This document shows, one piece after another, positions 9,695-20,700 of a stretch of 64,000 bases of DNA. The translations under genes were made by a program, and so were the position numbers. The notes under the pieces were generated by a model. The model was not told the DNA's origin and did not search any database. It worked only from the letters and a program-made list of their open reading frames with translations. The DNA is taken from positions 14,210-78,209 of the forward strand of contig CAYPZL010000001.1 in assembly GCA_964415045.1 (NCBI GenBank), read 5' to 3'. Source of the DNA: an uncultured Pirellulales bacterium (lineage in GTDB: Bacteria > Planctomycetota > Phycisphaerae > Sedimentisphaerales > Anaerobacaceae). Positions within the stretch are counted from its first letter, which is position 1; each line of letters begins with the position of its first letter.

Positions 9695-12600
9695 ATGAAG
9701 CGTAGAATGGTGACGATTGACGGGAACACGGCGGCCGCGCACGTGGCCCATGCGACGAACGAAGTCATAGCGATTTATCCGATTACGCCGAGCTCGCCCA
9801 TGGGTGAGATGGCGGACGCCAAGACAGCCAAGGGCGAGCCGAACATCTGGGGCAACCTTCCTTCGGTCACCGAGATGCAGTCGGAAGCCGGTGCGGCCGG
9901 GGCGGTCCACGGGGCGCTGGCGGCCGGAGCCTTGACTACGACTTTCACCGCCTCTCAGGGCCTGCTCCTGATGATTCCGAATATGTACAAGATCGCCGGT
10001 GAGCTGCTGCCTACCGTCTTTCATATCTCCGCTCGCTCGCTGGCCTGCCAGGCCTTGTCCATATTCGGCGATCATTCGGACGTGACGACCTGCCGGGAGA
10101 CGGGTTTTGCCATGCTCTGCTCGTGCAACATCCAGGAAGTGATGGATTTCGCCCTGATCGCACAGCAGTCCACGCTGGCCTCGCGCGTGCCGTTTCTGCA
10201 CTTCTTCGACGGGTTCCGGACGAGCCACGAAGTGCAGAAGGTTGAGGAGCTGACCTACGACGACATGCGGGCGATGATCGACGACGAACTGGTGGCCGCG
10301 CACAAGGCGCGGGCCCTGTCCCCGGATCATCCGCTCGTGGGCGGGACGGCCCAGAACCCGGACGTCTACTTCCAGGGTCGTGAGACGGTCAACAAGTTCT
10401 ATCTGGCCACGCCCGGGATCGTGGAAGAGGCGATGAACCGGTTCGCGAAGATCGTGGGCCGGCAGTACAAGCTCTTCGACTACGTAGGCGCCCCCGATGC
10501 GGAGAAGGTGATTGTCATCATGGGCACCGGCGCCGACACGGCAGACGAGACCGCCGAGCACCTCGTCTCGCAGGGCGAGAAGGTGGGCGTCGTGAAGGTT
10601 CGCCTGTATCGGCCGTTCAGCACGAAGCACCTGATGGCCGCATTGCCGAAGACGGTGAAAAAGATCGCCGTTCTGGACCGGACCAAGGAGCCCGGCGCTT
10701 TAGGCGAGCCGCTGTATCTGGACATTCGCACGGCGGTCGGGGAAGCCATGGCCGACGGGATCGCACCGTTCGATCAGTACCCCGTGATCGTGGGCGGCCG
10801 CTACGGCCTGGGCTCGAAGGAGTTTACGCCGGCCATGGTCAAGGCCGTGTATGACAACCTCGATGCCGCCAAGCCCAAGCGGAGCTTCACCGTCGGGATC
10901 ATCGACGACGTCACCAACACGAGTCTCGAGACGGATCCCTCGTTTGAAATCCCCAGCGAAGGGCTCTATGCCGCTATGTTCTACGGGCTTGGGTCCGACG
11001 GTACAGTCGGGGCCAACAAGAACTCGATCAAAATCATCGGCGAACAGACCGACAATTACGCCCAGGGGTACTTCGAGTACGATTCCAAGAAGGCCGGAGC
11101 GGTGACGATTTCGCACCTGCGTTTCGGCAATAAGCCGATCCGTCGGCCTTACTTGGTCAGTAAGGCCGATTTCGTTGCATGTCACAACCCCAGCTTCCTG
11201 GAGAAGTACGACATGCTGACGCCGCTGCGCGAAGGCGGCACGTTCCTGCTGACGACCAGTCACGGCGCCGACGAGGTGTGGGACACGCTGCCGCAGGAAA
11301 TGCAGCGGCAGATCATCGACAAGAAGGTGAAGTTCTACGTCATCGACGCGATCTCGCTGGCCCAGGAACTCGGGCTTGGCGCTCGTATCAACGTGATCAT
11401 GCAGACCGCGTTCTTCAAGATCAGCGGTGTCATCCCTCAGGATACGGCGATCAAGGCCATCAAGGAGGCGATCCAGAAGACCTACGGCAAGAAGGGCGAG
11501 AAGGTTGTCAACATGAACTTCGCAGCCGTGGACAAGGCGCTGGATGCCGTCTACGAGGTGACGGTGCCGGAGAAGGTGACCAGTCCGTGGAAGCGGCCGC
11601 CGTTCGTGCCCGAGACCGCTCCGGCGTTCGTCAAGGAAGTGACGGCGACGATGATGGCCCGCCGCGGCGACGATCTGCCGGTGAGCAAGATGCCGGTCGA
11701 CGGCAAATTCCCCACCGGGACGACGAAATACGAGAAACGCAATATCGCCGTCAACATTCCCGTGTGGGAGCCGGATCTGTGCGTCCAGTGCGGCACGTGC
11801 TCGGCCGTGTGTCCGCACGCCAGCATTCGCATCAAGGCGTACGATCCGAAGAATCTCAAAGGCGCCCCCGAGACTTTCAAATCCGCCGATGCCAAGGGCA
11901 AGGACTTCGCGGGCATGAAGTTCACGGTCCAGGTGGCTCCGGAAGATTGCACCGGTTGCGGCGCGTGCGTGCTGGCCTGCCCGGCGCAAGAGCGTGACGA
12001 GAACAGGCAACCCACGGGCAAGAAGGCCATCAACATGGCGTTGCAGGAGCCCATCCGCGACACGGAGCGGGCCAACTACGATCACTTCCTCGCGATCCCC
12101 AACACGGATCGGTCGCTGTTCAAAGCCAACACGGTCAAGGGCAGCCAGTTGATTGAGCCTCTGTTCGAGTATTCCGGCGCTTGTGCCGGTTGCGGCGAGA
12201 CGGCCTACGTCAAGCTGCTGACCCAGTTGTTCGGGGACCGGGCCCTGATCGGCAACGCCACCGGCTGCTCGTCGATCTACGGCGGCAACCTGCCGACCAC
12301 GCCTTATACCACGCGCGAGGACGGTCGCGGGCCGACCTGGAGCAACAGCCTCTTCGAGGACAACGCCGAATTCGCCATGGGCATGCGGCTCACCGTCGAT
12401 CAGTTCCGCCTGACGGCCCTGGGCCTGCTGGATAAGGTGGCGCAAAAGGGTTGCGTCGATAAGGAGCTGGCCGCCGAGATCCGAGCGACAACGCTGGCGG
12501 ACGATCCCGAACAGGGTACGATTGAAGAACAGCGCGGCCGGGTCGAGCAGCTCAAGGCCCAGTGCGGCAAGAGCGATTGTGCCGAGTGCAAGCAGTTGCT

Positions 12601-13327
12601 CACGGTTGCCGATTATCTGGTTCGCAAGAGTGTCTGGGCCCTCGGCGGCGACGGCTGGGCCTACGACATCGGCTACGGTGGGTTGGACCACGTGCTGGCC
12701 AGTGGCAAGAACATCAACATTCTCGTGCTGGATACGGAGGTCTATTCCAACACGGGCGGACAGATGTCCAAGGCGACGCCGCGTGCGGCCGTGGCCAAGT
12801 TCGCCGCCGGCGGCAAGCTCGCTCCGAAGAAAGACCTGGGCCTGTTGGCGATGACCTACGGGAACATCTACGTGGCCAAGGTGGCGATGGGGGCCAACCC
12901 GGGCCAGGTGGTCAAGGCGTTTGCCGAGGCCGAGGCGTATCCGGGCCCGTCGCTGATCCTGGCGTACGCTCATTGCATTGCCCACGGGATCAACATGACC
13001 AAGGGCTACGACGAGCAGAAGAAAGCCGTGGCGTGCGGGCACTGGCCGCTGTACCGGTTCGACCCGCGTCTGAAAGACGAAGGCAAGAATCCGCTGCAGC
13101 TCGACTCCAAGGCGCCGACGATGGCGTTCGAGGAGTACGCCTACGGCGAGAATCGCTACCGGTCGCTGAAGCAGTCGAAGCCCGATGCGGCGGCCGAGTT
13201 GATGAAGCTGGCCAATCGTGACGCAGCCCAGAGATACCGGCTGATGCAGCAATTGGCCAACCTCAAATGTGACGAGGGCGACGACGAGTCGAGTCCCGAA
13301 TTTCAGGAACAAGCGGTAGGAAAATGA
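9695..13327 (+). CDS. nifJ: pyruvate:ferredoxin (flavodoxin) oxidoreductase
   Basis: 1210 aa. 'IDGNTAAAHVAHATNEVIAIYPITPSS', ferredoxin motifs 'CVQCGTCSAVCP' and 'CTGCGACVLACP', TPP region 'GGDGWAYDIGYGG'. Confidence 0.95.
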   Translation: MKRRMVTIDGNTAAAHVAHATNEVIAIYPITPSSPMGEMADAKTAKGEPNIWGNLPSVTEMQSEAGAAGAVHGALAAGALTTTFTASQGLLLMIPNMYKIAGELLPTVFHISARSLACQALSIFGDHSDVTTCRETGFAMLCSCNIQEVMDFALIAQQSTLASRVPFLHFFDGFRTSHEVQKVEELTYDDMRAMIDDELVAAHKARALSPDHPLVGGTAQNPDVYFQGRETVNKFYLATPGIVEEAMNRFAKIVGRQYKLFDYVGAPDAEKVIVIMGTGADTADETAEHLVSQGEKVGVVKVRLYRPFSTKHLMAALPKTVKKIAVLDRTKEPGALGEPLYLDIRTAVGEAMADGIAPFDQYPVIVGGRYGLGSKEFTPAMVKAVYDNLDAAKPKRSFTVGIIDDVTNTSLETDPSFEIPSEGLYAAMFYGLGSDGTVGANKNSIKIIGEQTDNYAQGYFEYDSKKAGAVTISHLRFGNKPIRRPYLVSKADFVACHNPSFLEKYDMLTPLREGGTFLLTTSHGADEVWDTLPQEMQRQIIDKKVKFYVIDAISLAQELGLGARINVIMQTAFFKISGVIPQDTAIKAIKEAIQKTYGKKGEKVVNMNFAAVDKALDAVYEVTVPEKVTSPWKRPPFVPETAPAFVKEVTATMMARRGDDLPVSKMPVDGKFPTGTTKYEKRNIAVNIPVWEPDLCVQCGTCSAVCPHASIRIKAYDPKNLKGAPETFKSADAKGKDFAGMKFTVQVAPEDCTGCGACVLACPAQERDENRQPTGKKAINMALQEPIRDTERANYDHFLAIPNTDRSLFKANTVKGSQLIEPLFEYSGACAGCGETAYVKLLTQLFGDRALIGNATGCSSIYGGNLPTTPYTTREDGRGPTWSNSLFEDNAEFAMGMRLTVDQFRLTALGLLDKVAQKGCVDKELAAEIRATTLADDPEQGTIEEQRGRVEQLKAQCGKSDCAECKQLLTVADYLVRKSVWALGGDGWAYDIGYGGLDHVLASGKNINILVLDTEVYSNTGGQMSKATPRAAVAKFAAGGKLAPKKDLGLLAMTYGNIYVAKVAMGANPGQVVKAFAEAEAYPGPSLILAYAHCIAHGINMTKGYDEQKKAVACGHWPLYRFDPRLKDEGKNPLQLDSKAPTMAFEEYAYGENRYRSLKQSKPDAAAELMKLANRDAAQRYRLMQQLANLKCDEGDDESSPEFQEQAVGK

Positions 13328-13328
13328 C

Positions 13329-14168
13329 ATGTGCACGAGGGTGAGCAGACGAGCGCTTTGCATCGTATGGGCAGGTTTGGTGTTGACCGGGTGCCGCTGG
13401 TACGGGGCGCCGAAGGCCGAGCCGGAGGCGGATTTGCTGGCCGTCGGTCCCGACCAGGAGGCGTTGTCGATCCCGCCGGACTACGTATCGGCGGCGATCG
13501 ACGCCACCGGCGGTCTGTCCACCTGGATACAGACCAAAGAGCAGCGATTTTCTGCGGTTGTCGCCATCTATGCCGATGACGGCAGCTTCTATCTGACCGA
13601 GCACGACGTCGCCGTGTATCCGTGGTCGAACGCCATCACGATTTCGTCCCACGAGCCGCGCGCGAAGTTCACCTGGCAGCTTGTCGATGGACAGTACGAC
13701 GTGAAGCAGGGCGACAGACGTCTGGATGTGTCGCCTCGGGCGCAAGCGGGTCGCGACTATGCCGGGGCCTTGCTCCAGATCGTCACCACGCCGGCGCGCC
13801 TGCTCGCTCCGGGCATCGTCCTGTCCCCTCGACCGGCGCCCGTCAGAATCCAGGGCCAGTGGTATCAGCCGATTGAAGCGAAGTTCCCCACGCAGAAGGT
13901 CGTGGTGACGAAAAAGGGCGAAGAGCAAATCGTTGCCCTCGATCCCTATTGGACCCAGGGCGTGTACTATCAGAACCAGAAGAGCCGGTTGGTGGACCTG
14001 GTCTGGCTGGGGAACCCCGCGGCGCAGAGGTTCCTCCTGGTTCGCGGGTACGATTATGTCCCGGTGCAGGAGGACGGCGTCCTGGCGCCCACGAAGATCG
14101 AATTGTTCCGGACCGATTCGCAGGAGACCTTCGGCGTCCGCCTCTTCCAGGTGGACGTGAAGCCGTAG
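13329..14168 (+). CDS. hypothetical lipoprotein
   Basis: Lipobox 'LVLTGC'. Starts 1 nt after the nifJ stop. Codon usage is consistent with neighbouring genes. Confidence 0.55.
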   Translation: MCTRVSRRALCIVWAGLVLTGCRWYGAPKAEPEADLLAVGPDQEALSIPPDYVSAAIDATGGLSTWIQTKEQRFSAVVAIYADDGSFYLTEHDVAVYPWSNAITISSHEPRAKFTWQLVDGQYDVKQGDRRLDVSPRAQAGRDYAGALLQIVTTPARLLAPGIVLSPRPAPVRIQGQWYQPIEAKFPTQKVVVTKKGEEQIVALDPYWTQGVYYQNQKSRLVDLVWLGNPAAQRFLLVRGYDYVPVQEDGVLAPTKIELFRTDSQETFGVRLFQVDVKP

Positions 14169-14216
14169 AAACGGTCACCCGAAAAGGTCGCCCTGCCGGT
14201 AGGACGGGCGCGGTTT

Positions 14217-14341
14217 GTCATCCCTTTGCGCACACTCAGGGCAGGCTGTGAACGAAGCGCAGCGTCGTGAAGGATCCGGGCTGAGCGCGGGAGAAACTTC
14301 TCACTCCGAGGCGAGATCCTTCACCTGCGGTTCAGGATGAC
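14217..14341. repeat. full hairpin copy of the 'gtcatcc...tgaacgaagcgcagcgt.gtgaaggatc' palindromic repeat
   Basis: Left arm 14249-14276 and right arm 14315-14341 ('gatccttcacctgcggttcaggatgac') form an imperfect inverted repeat. The core matches 5850-5873. Confidence 0.6.
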
Positions 14342-14445
14342 AGAGTCTCGTTGCCCCGGAATTCCACCCCATCCGTAGTGCGCGGTCGCTCTGATCCTCC
14401 TACGCTGCCCTTCGCGTTTCATTTCGACTCCCTGCCAGAGACCGA

Positions 14446-14474
14446 TTGCATCCGGGGAATCGGTGGACTATCAT
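14446..14474 (+). promoter_or_regulatory. sigma70-like promoter TTGCAT-17nt-TATCAT upstream of the 14553 gene string
   Basis: Hexamers at 14446-14451 and 14469-14474. Confidence 0.4.
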
Positions 14475-14552
14475 GGGTGGGTGCCCGTATGGCTACACTG
14501 CTGTGTGGGCTGCGCTTCGACAAGAACGTTCTGTGTCACGTAGGTAACCGGG

Positions 14553-15785
14553 ATGTCCAGGCGAGCAACCATTTGGATTGTTTTCGTTGGTGTTCTGATT
14601 GTCGCTCTGGCGGTTTTCTTTGCCGTTCGGGGCGGATTCGGGCCCGGCGCCCCGCCTGTGCGGTACGAGCCTGCCGAGCCACCTCCGGCAACGGTCATCG
14701 CCGCCGGTGGGTCGGACTGGCCGATGTTCGGGGGAGGCCAGGGACTTCTCGGACGAGCGCCGGGCGCGCTGTCGGACTCCCTGACGCTGTTGTGGAGGTT
14801 CAAGACCGGCGCGGAGGTCAAATCCTGCCCCGTTGTCTGCAACGGACGCGTCTTCGTGGGTTCGTCCGACGCCAGCGTCTACGCTCTCGATCTGCGCAGC
14901 GGCGCAAAACTCTGGAGCTATGCGACCGGTGACGCCGTCGAAGCAGCGCCCTGCGTAACGGGCGGTTCCGTCTTTGTCGGTTCGGCCGACGGCGTGCTGT
15001 ACGCTCTTGAAGTTGAGACGGGCGCGCTGCGCTGGAAGTATGAGACCGAGGCGGAGATTCTCGGTGCGGCCAACTGGACTCTCACGGCGGACGGGCAAGA
15101 GATCCGCGTTCTGGTCGGCAGCTATGACAACCGGGTGCATTGCGTCGATGCCAACAGCGGCCAGGCCGTCTGGGTGTACGAGACGGACAATTACGTGAAC
15201 GGATCGCCGGCGGCCGATAACGGAAAGTGCGTGTTTGGCGGCTGCGATGCGTTCATCCACGTCCTGTCGCTGGCCGACGGGTCGGAAGCGGCCCGGATCG
15301 ACAGCGGTTCCTACATCGCGGCCTCGGCGGCGTTTGTCGACGGGCAGGTGTACGTGGGCAACTATGACGGCGTCTTCATCCGGGTCGACGTGGACCCGAA
15401 CGAGATCGTCTGGGAGTATGACCAGGGCGAGGCGCCGTTCTTTTCCTCTCCCGCCGTCGGGGAGGACGTGGTCGTCTTCGGCGGCCGCGATGAGCGCGTG
15501 CATTGCGTGCGGCGGGACGACGGCAGCCAGGTCTGGACGTTCAAGACTCTGGGCGAAGTGAACAGTTCGCCGGCGATTTGCGGTGACAAGGTCGTGGTCG
15601 GCTCCGACGACGGGCGGCTGTACATGCTGCGGCTCGGCGACGGGAAGCGCCTGTGGTCGTACGAGATGGGCCAGCCCATAACGTCCTCTCCGGCCGTCGC
15701 TCACGGGCTGGTGGTCGTCGGTTGCGATGACGGGTACGTTTATGCGTTTGGCCCCAGGACCGGTGACAGGAGTGACGCTCGATGA
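14553..15785 (+). CDS. membrane-anchored PQQ-like (BamB-like) beta-propeller repeat protein
   Basis: N-terminal TM 'IWIVFVGVLIVALAVFFAV', 'DWPMFGGG' motif, and repeated 'G.V.VGS.DG.LYAL....G...W' blades. Confidence 0.8.
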   Translation: MSRRATIWIVFVGVLIVALAVFFAVRGGFGPGAPPVRYEPAEPPPATVIAAGGSDWPMFGGGQGLLGRAPGALSDSLTLLWRFKTGAEVKSCPVVCNGRVFVGSSDASVYALDLRSGAKLWSYATGDAVEAAPCVTGGSVFVGSADGVLYALEVETGALRWKYETEAEILGAANWTLTADGQEIRVLVGSYDNRVHCVDANSGQAVWVYETDNYVNGSPAADNGKCVFGGCDAFIHVLSLADGSEAARIDSGSYIAASAAFVDGQVYVGNYDGVFIRVDVDPNEIVWEYDQGEAPFFSSPAVGEDVVVFGGRDERVHCVRRDDGSQVWTFKTLGEVNSSPAICGDKVVVGSDDGRLYMLRLGDGKRLWSYEMGQPITSSPAVAHGLVVVGCDDGYVYAFGPRTGDRSDAR

Positions 15786-17086
15786 GGATCGTGCAGATTA
15801 CGCCCGGCTCGGGTGACAGCTTCTACTGCGAGAACTGCCTGCGGGATGCGGCCCTGGTCAAGGCCATGCGCCGGCTGGAGCACGATATCCTCATGGTGCC
15901 TCTCTATCTACCCCTGCAGAGCGACAAGGCCGAGCCGCTGAGCAATGCCCCCATCTTCTTCGGCGGCGTCAACGTGTATCTCCAGCAGAAGTTTGCCCTG
16001 TTTCGCAGGACGCCGCGCTGGATCGACAAACTGTTCGATTCGCGGCGGCTGCTGGAATGGGCCGGACGAAAGGCCGGCATGACCAGCGCTCGCGATCTCG
16101 GCGAAACCACAGTCTCGATGCTGGAGGGCGAGGACGGCCGGCAGGTCAAGGAACTGGACCGGCTCGTGGACTGGCTCCAAGCCGAAGAGCAGAAGCCCGA
16201 CGTCGTGTGCCTCTCCAACATTCTCCTCGGGGGGCTCGCCCGTCGTATCAAGGATCGGCTCGGCGTTCCCGTTCTCTGCCTGCTGCAGGATGAGGACGGC
16301 TTTCTCGACGGCTTGACCTCTCCGTATGCCGAGCAAGCCTGGGAGATCGTTCGCCGGCGGGCCCGTGACGTCGATGGGTTCCTGGCGGTGACCGACTATT
16401 TCGGCCGGACCATGCAGGAGCGGCTCTCGGTCGAGCCAGCGCGAATGCACGTCGTTCACATGGGCATCGAGTTGAACGATTACACGCCCCCGGACACCAG
16501 GCCGGCCGAGCCGACCATCGGGTATCTCTCGCGCATGTGTCCCCAGCACGGTCTGGACACGCTGATCGAGGCCTTTATTTTGCTGAAGAAAGAGCCCGCC
16601 CTGGCGTCCGCCAGGCTGCGCATCTCCGGCGGCCGGTATGCCAGCGACGAGCCGTTCATCGAGCAGATGCGGCAGAGGCTCCGCGCCGCCGGTGTGCTCG
16701 ACGACGTCGAGTTCCTGGATACGTTCGACCGCGACGCGAAGCTGGCTTTTCTGCGAAGTCTGACGGTGTTGTCCGTGCCGGAGCCCAAGCCCGTGGCGTA
16801 TGGTCTCTACGTGCTGGAGGCCCTGGCGACGGGTGTTCCCGTCGTCGAGCCGGCGATCGGGTCGTTTCCGGAGACGATTGAGATGGCCGGCGGCGGCGTA
16901 CTGTACGAACCCAACACGGCCGAAAAGCTGGCCGAATCGTTAGCGGCGCTGCTGTCGGACCCCGAAGCTGTTGGCCGATTAGGCGCTGAGGGCCGGGCGG
17001 GTGTGTGCAAGGCGTTTGATATCGAGCGGACGGCTCGCGACATGGTGGACGTGTGCGAGCGGATGGCCCGAAAGGGGAATGAGTGA
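15782..17086 (+). CDS. glycosyltransferase family 4 (GT-B fold)
   Basis: 4-nt overlap with the upstream gene. 'MRIVQITPGSGDSFYCENC' N-terminus and a C-terminal GT1/GT4 'E..G....EA.A.G.PVV' signature ('YGLYVLEALATGVPVVEP'). Confidence 0.75.
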   Translation: MRIVQITPGSGDSFYCENCLRDAALVKAMRRLEHDILMVPLYLPLQSDKAEPLSNAPIFFGGVNVYLQQKFALFRRTPRWIDKLFDSRRLLEWAGRKAGMTSARDLGETTVSMLEGEDGRQVKELDRLVDWLQAEEQKPDVVCLSNILLGGLARRIKDRLGVPVLCLLQDEDGFLDGLTSPYAEQAWEIVRRRARDVDGFLAVTDYFGRTMQERLSVEPARMHVVHMGIELNDYTPPDTRPAEPTIGYLSRMCPQHGLDTLIEAFILLKKEPALASARLRISGGRYASDEPFIEQMRQRLRAAGVLDDVEFLDTFDRDAKLAFLRSLTVLSVPEPKPVAYGLYVLEALATGVPVVEPAIGSFPETIEMAGGGVLYEPNTAEKLAESLAALLSDPEAVGRLGAEGRAGVCKAFDIERTARDMVDVCERMARKGNE

Positions 17087-17780
17087 AACGATGATCGAGC
17101 TTGTGGACGTGACGAAGGTGTACGGCGCGCCGGGCGAGGCCGGCGGCGTCAGCGTGCTCAAAGGAATCTCCCTGCGCATCGAGAAGGGCCGTTCGATTGT
17201 GATCGTGGGCCCCTCGGGCTGCGGCAAGAGCACTTTGCTCAACATCATCGGCGGGCTGGACCATGCGACCGCCGGCCAGGTGTTGTTCGACGGGCGGAAC
17301 CTCGCCGAGTTGCCTGATGACGAACTGGCGCGGATACGCAACCGCGAGATCGGGTTCGTGTTTCAGTTGCATCATCTGCTGCCCCAGTGCACGGTGCTGG
17401 AGAACGTGCTGGTGCCCACGCTGGCCGGGTCGGACGGGGCGTCGGCGTCCGAGATGCGCGGACGCGCGGAGATGCTGCTGGAGCGGGTGGGGTTGAAAGA
17501 CCGCGTGTCGCACCGGCCGGGCGAGCTTTCCGGGGGGCAGCGCCAGCGGGTGGCGGTGGCGCGGGCGCTGATCAACGAGCCCAAGCTTCTTCTCGCCGAC
17601 GAGCCGACCGGGTCGCTGGATGAGGAAACCGCGCAGAGCATTGCGGATCTTTTGGTGGAGTTGAATCGGGACGTACGCGTGACGTTGATCGTCGTGACCC
17701 ACTCGCAGAAGCTGGCCGAACGCATCGGTGACGTGATGGAACTGCACGGCGGCCGATTGAGTGATAGAGGCGGCGCATGA
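17079..17780 (+). CDS. ABC transporter ATP-binding protein (LolD/MacB type)
   Basis: Walker A 'GPSGCGKST', signature 'LSGGQRQRVAVARAL', Walker B 'LLLADEPTGSLD'. The start is 17079 or 17091; the ORF's upstream extension overlaps the GT gene. Confidence 0.9.
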   Translation: MSETMIELVDVTKVYGAPGEAGGVSVLKGISLRIEKGRSIVIVGPSGCGKSTLLNIIGGLDHATAGQVLFDGRNLAELPDDELARIRNREIGFVFQLHHLLPQCTVLENVLVPTLAGSDGASASEMRGRAEMLLERVGLKDRVSHRPGELSGGQRQRVAVARALINEPKLLLADEPTGSLDEETAQSIADLLVELNRDVRVTLIVVTHSQKLAERIGDVMELHGGRLSDRGGA

Positions 17781-20700
17781 GCATCTGGCGGCTTATTGCC
17801 GAGAGCCTTTGGTTCTACCGGCGTACCAATGTGGCGGTGCTCCTGGCCGTGGTGGTAGCTACCGGTGTGCTGACCGGGGCGCTGGTGGTCGGAGACTCCG
17901 TGTCGTACACGCTCGCCAGGACGCTGGAAGCCCGCCTGGGTGAGGCGGAATTTGCCCTGGTGCCCCAGGGACGGTATTTCCGAGCGGGGCTGGCCGACGA
18001 TCTGGCCGAGCAGCTCGGCAGCAGGGTTGCCCCGGTCTTGCAGGTGCCCGGCATCATCACCAACGACGACGACACGCGACGCGTCAACCGGGTGACGGTG
18101 CTCGGCGTGGACGAGAGGTTCTATGCCGTCGGGCCGGGCGCGAATCCATTTGGCGAGCGGACGGCTGAGGGAGTGGTTTTGAGCGAGTCCGTCGCCGACC
18201 GGCTTGGCGTCACGGCGGGAGGGGAGATCGTTCTGCGAATCGAGAAGCCTGGACTGATGCCGCGCGATGTGCCGCTGGTGTCGGACAAGGATCGCACCGT
18301 TGCGTTCCGGTTGCGCGTGCAGGCGGTCGCGGGGACGTCCGACTTTGGGCGGTTCGATCTGCGCGCGAATCAGACGGCGCCGCTCAACGTCTTCGTGCCC
18401 TTGGCGTGGTTGGGACAGCAGATCGAGCAGGAAGGCCGGGCCAATCTGCTGCTGGCGGCGCATCTGAAGCCGGGTATTACGACCGACGAGGTCAACGCCG
18501 CCGTGCAGGAGTGCTGGCAGTTGGCCGATGCGGGACTCGAGCTTCGACGTCTGGCGGAGCCGAACGTCGTGGAGTTACGCAGCCGGAGGATATTCATTGA
18601 GGAGTCGTTTGGCAGGGAGGCCGCGAGGGCCACTGACGACGCCGAGAGCATTCTGACGTACTTCGTCAATGAAATCCGTCGAGGAGAGAAAGCGACGCCG
18701 TATTCGATGGTGGCCGCCGTCGGCGGTGACGCGGGACTCGGCAGCCTGATCCCGCGCGACATGGGCAGCGACGAGGTCATCATCAACCGGTGGTTGGCAG
18801 AGGACCTCGGTGCGGCGGTCGGCGATTTTGTCGAGATGACCTATTACCTTGTGGGGCCAAAACGCAAGCTCCACGAGGTGCGCAGCCGGTTCAAGGTGAT
18901 CGACGTCGTCGAGCTCGCAGGCCGGGCGAAAGACCCCAATCTCATGCCGGATTTCCCCGGTCTGGCCGATGCGGAGAACTGCCGCGACTGGGAGCCGGGC
19001 GTTCCCATCGATTTGGACAGAATCCGACCGAAGGATGAGCAGTACTGGGACACCTATCGCGGTACGCCAAAGGCCTTTATCACGCTGACAGCCGGGCAGA
19101 CCCGCTGGCGCAATCGCTACGGAAATCTGACGGCCGTGCGGTATCCGTATCGCGAGGGGCTCGCGGAGCAAATCGAGGCGCATCTGCGTGGCGCGGTCGA
19201 TCCGGCCCAGGCCGGTCTCTTCTTCCAGCCGGTCCGGCAGCGGGGCGCCAAGGCCGGTCGCGAGGGTACGGATTTCGGACAGCTTTTTCTCGGCCTGAGC
19301 ATGTTCCTGATCGCCGCGGCCGTCATTCTCACCGGGCTTCTCTTCGTGTTCGGTGTGGAGAGCCGCGCCGACCAGGTAGGCATGCTGCTGGCTGTAGGCT
19401 GGCCTGCGAAGCGTGTCAAGCGTCTGCTCCTGGCCGAGGGTGGTGTCGTGGCGTTGCTCGGGACGCTCGTCGGCATCTGGGCCGGAGTGGTCTATACACG
19501 ACTGATGATCTACGGCCTTTCCACGCTGTGGAGCGGCGCGGTCACCGGGACGGCGATTCGGTTTCATGCGGAATCCGCGACATTAGCGACCGGCGGTCTG
19601 GGCGGCTTGGCGGCGGCGCTGTTCGCCGTCTGGGTGACGCTGCGAAAGCAAGTCTCGCGACCCGCCTGCCAGTTGATGGCCGGCAATCTCGAACCGCGTC
19701 CCGACAGGCGGGGCTCCCGGTTGCGAGGCAAGCTGGGTCTGGTCGTGGCGGTTGTCGCCTTTGCAGGCGTCATCCTGTTTTTGGTCCTCATGGCCGGTGG
19801 TGACAGCCAGGCGGTCGCCGGCGCGTTCTTCGGAGCCGGGGCGCTGCTCTTGCTTGGGGTGTTGGGTCTGGGCCACGCGGTGCTTCGTACGCTGGCAGCG
19901 GGTTGGGACAGACCCATGCTCTCCCTGCGGGGTCTGGGCTTTCGCAGCTCGGCCCGCCGGACCGGACGAAGTCTGGCCATCGTCGGTTTGCTTGCCTGCG
20001 GCGTGTTCATGGTGGTTGCGGTGGGAGCCAACCGCAGAAATGCGCTCAAAGCGCCGCAGAGCAGAAGCTCCGGGACCGGCGGCTTTGCCCTGTACGGGGA
20101 ATCGGCGGTCGCTATTCTGCACGATCTAAACAGCGAGGAGGGACGCAAGGAACTGGGATTGGACCCGCGGGGCCTTGCGGGCGTCGAGGTGGTCCAGTTT
20201 CGTGTGCGCGAGGGGGACGACGCCAGTTGCTTCAATCTGAACCGGGCTCAGCAGCCTCGCCTGCTCGGCGTGGACCCGAAGGAGCTGGCTCGACGAGACG
20301 CGTTTACGTTTACCGAGGTGGTGACGGATGCGGACGGGACGGGTTGGGATCTGCTGGATATGGATCTCGAGACGGGGGTGGTGCCGGCCGTGGGTGATTA
20401 TCCCACCGTTTTCTGGGCGCTGGGCAAGAACATCGGCGATGAGCTGGAGTATAGTGACGAGAAGGGTCGGTCTCTGCGCGTGCGCATCGTGGGAATGGTC
20501 GAAAGCTCCATCCTGCAGGGGAGTTTGGTGATTGCCGAGAACGAATTTACCGCGCGGTTCCCTTCGGTGGACGGGTACGGCGTTTTCCTGATCGACGCGC
20601 CGGCCGAGGCGGTCGAGAGCGTCTCGGACGAACTCTCGTCGGCGCTGAGAGATTACGGACTGGTCCTGACGCCGGCGGCCGAGCGGCAAGCCGCCTTCGG

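Noticed and set aside
10700-13363. 887-aa ORF antisense to nifJ. Similar long antisense or overlapping ORFs include 2477-3697(-), 5875-7119(-), 21015-23735(-), 39573-41255(-), 60695-61984(-) and 16656-17747(-).
   Set aside because: These are typical stop-codon-poor shadow frames of high-GC DNA. Their translations are Arg/Gly/Pro/Ala-rich with no motifs, while the opposite strand carries clear motif-rich genes.
14351-14932. 193-aa ORF covering the promoter region and the 5' part of the 14553 gene in another frame.
   Set aside because: The translation is Arg/Cys-rich with no motifs, and it conflicts with the motif-supported propeller gene and the predicted promoter.
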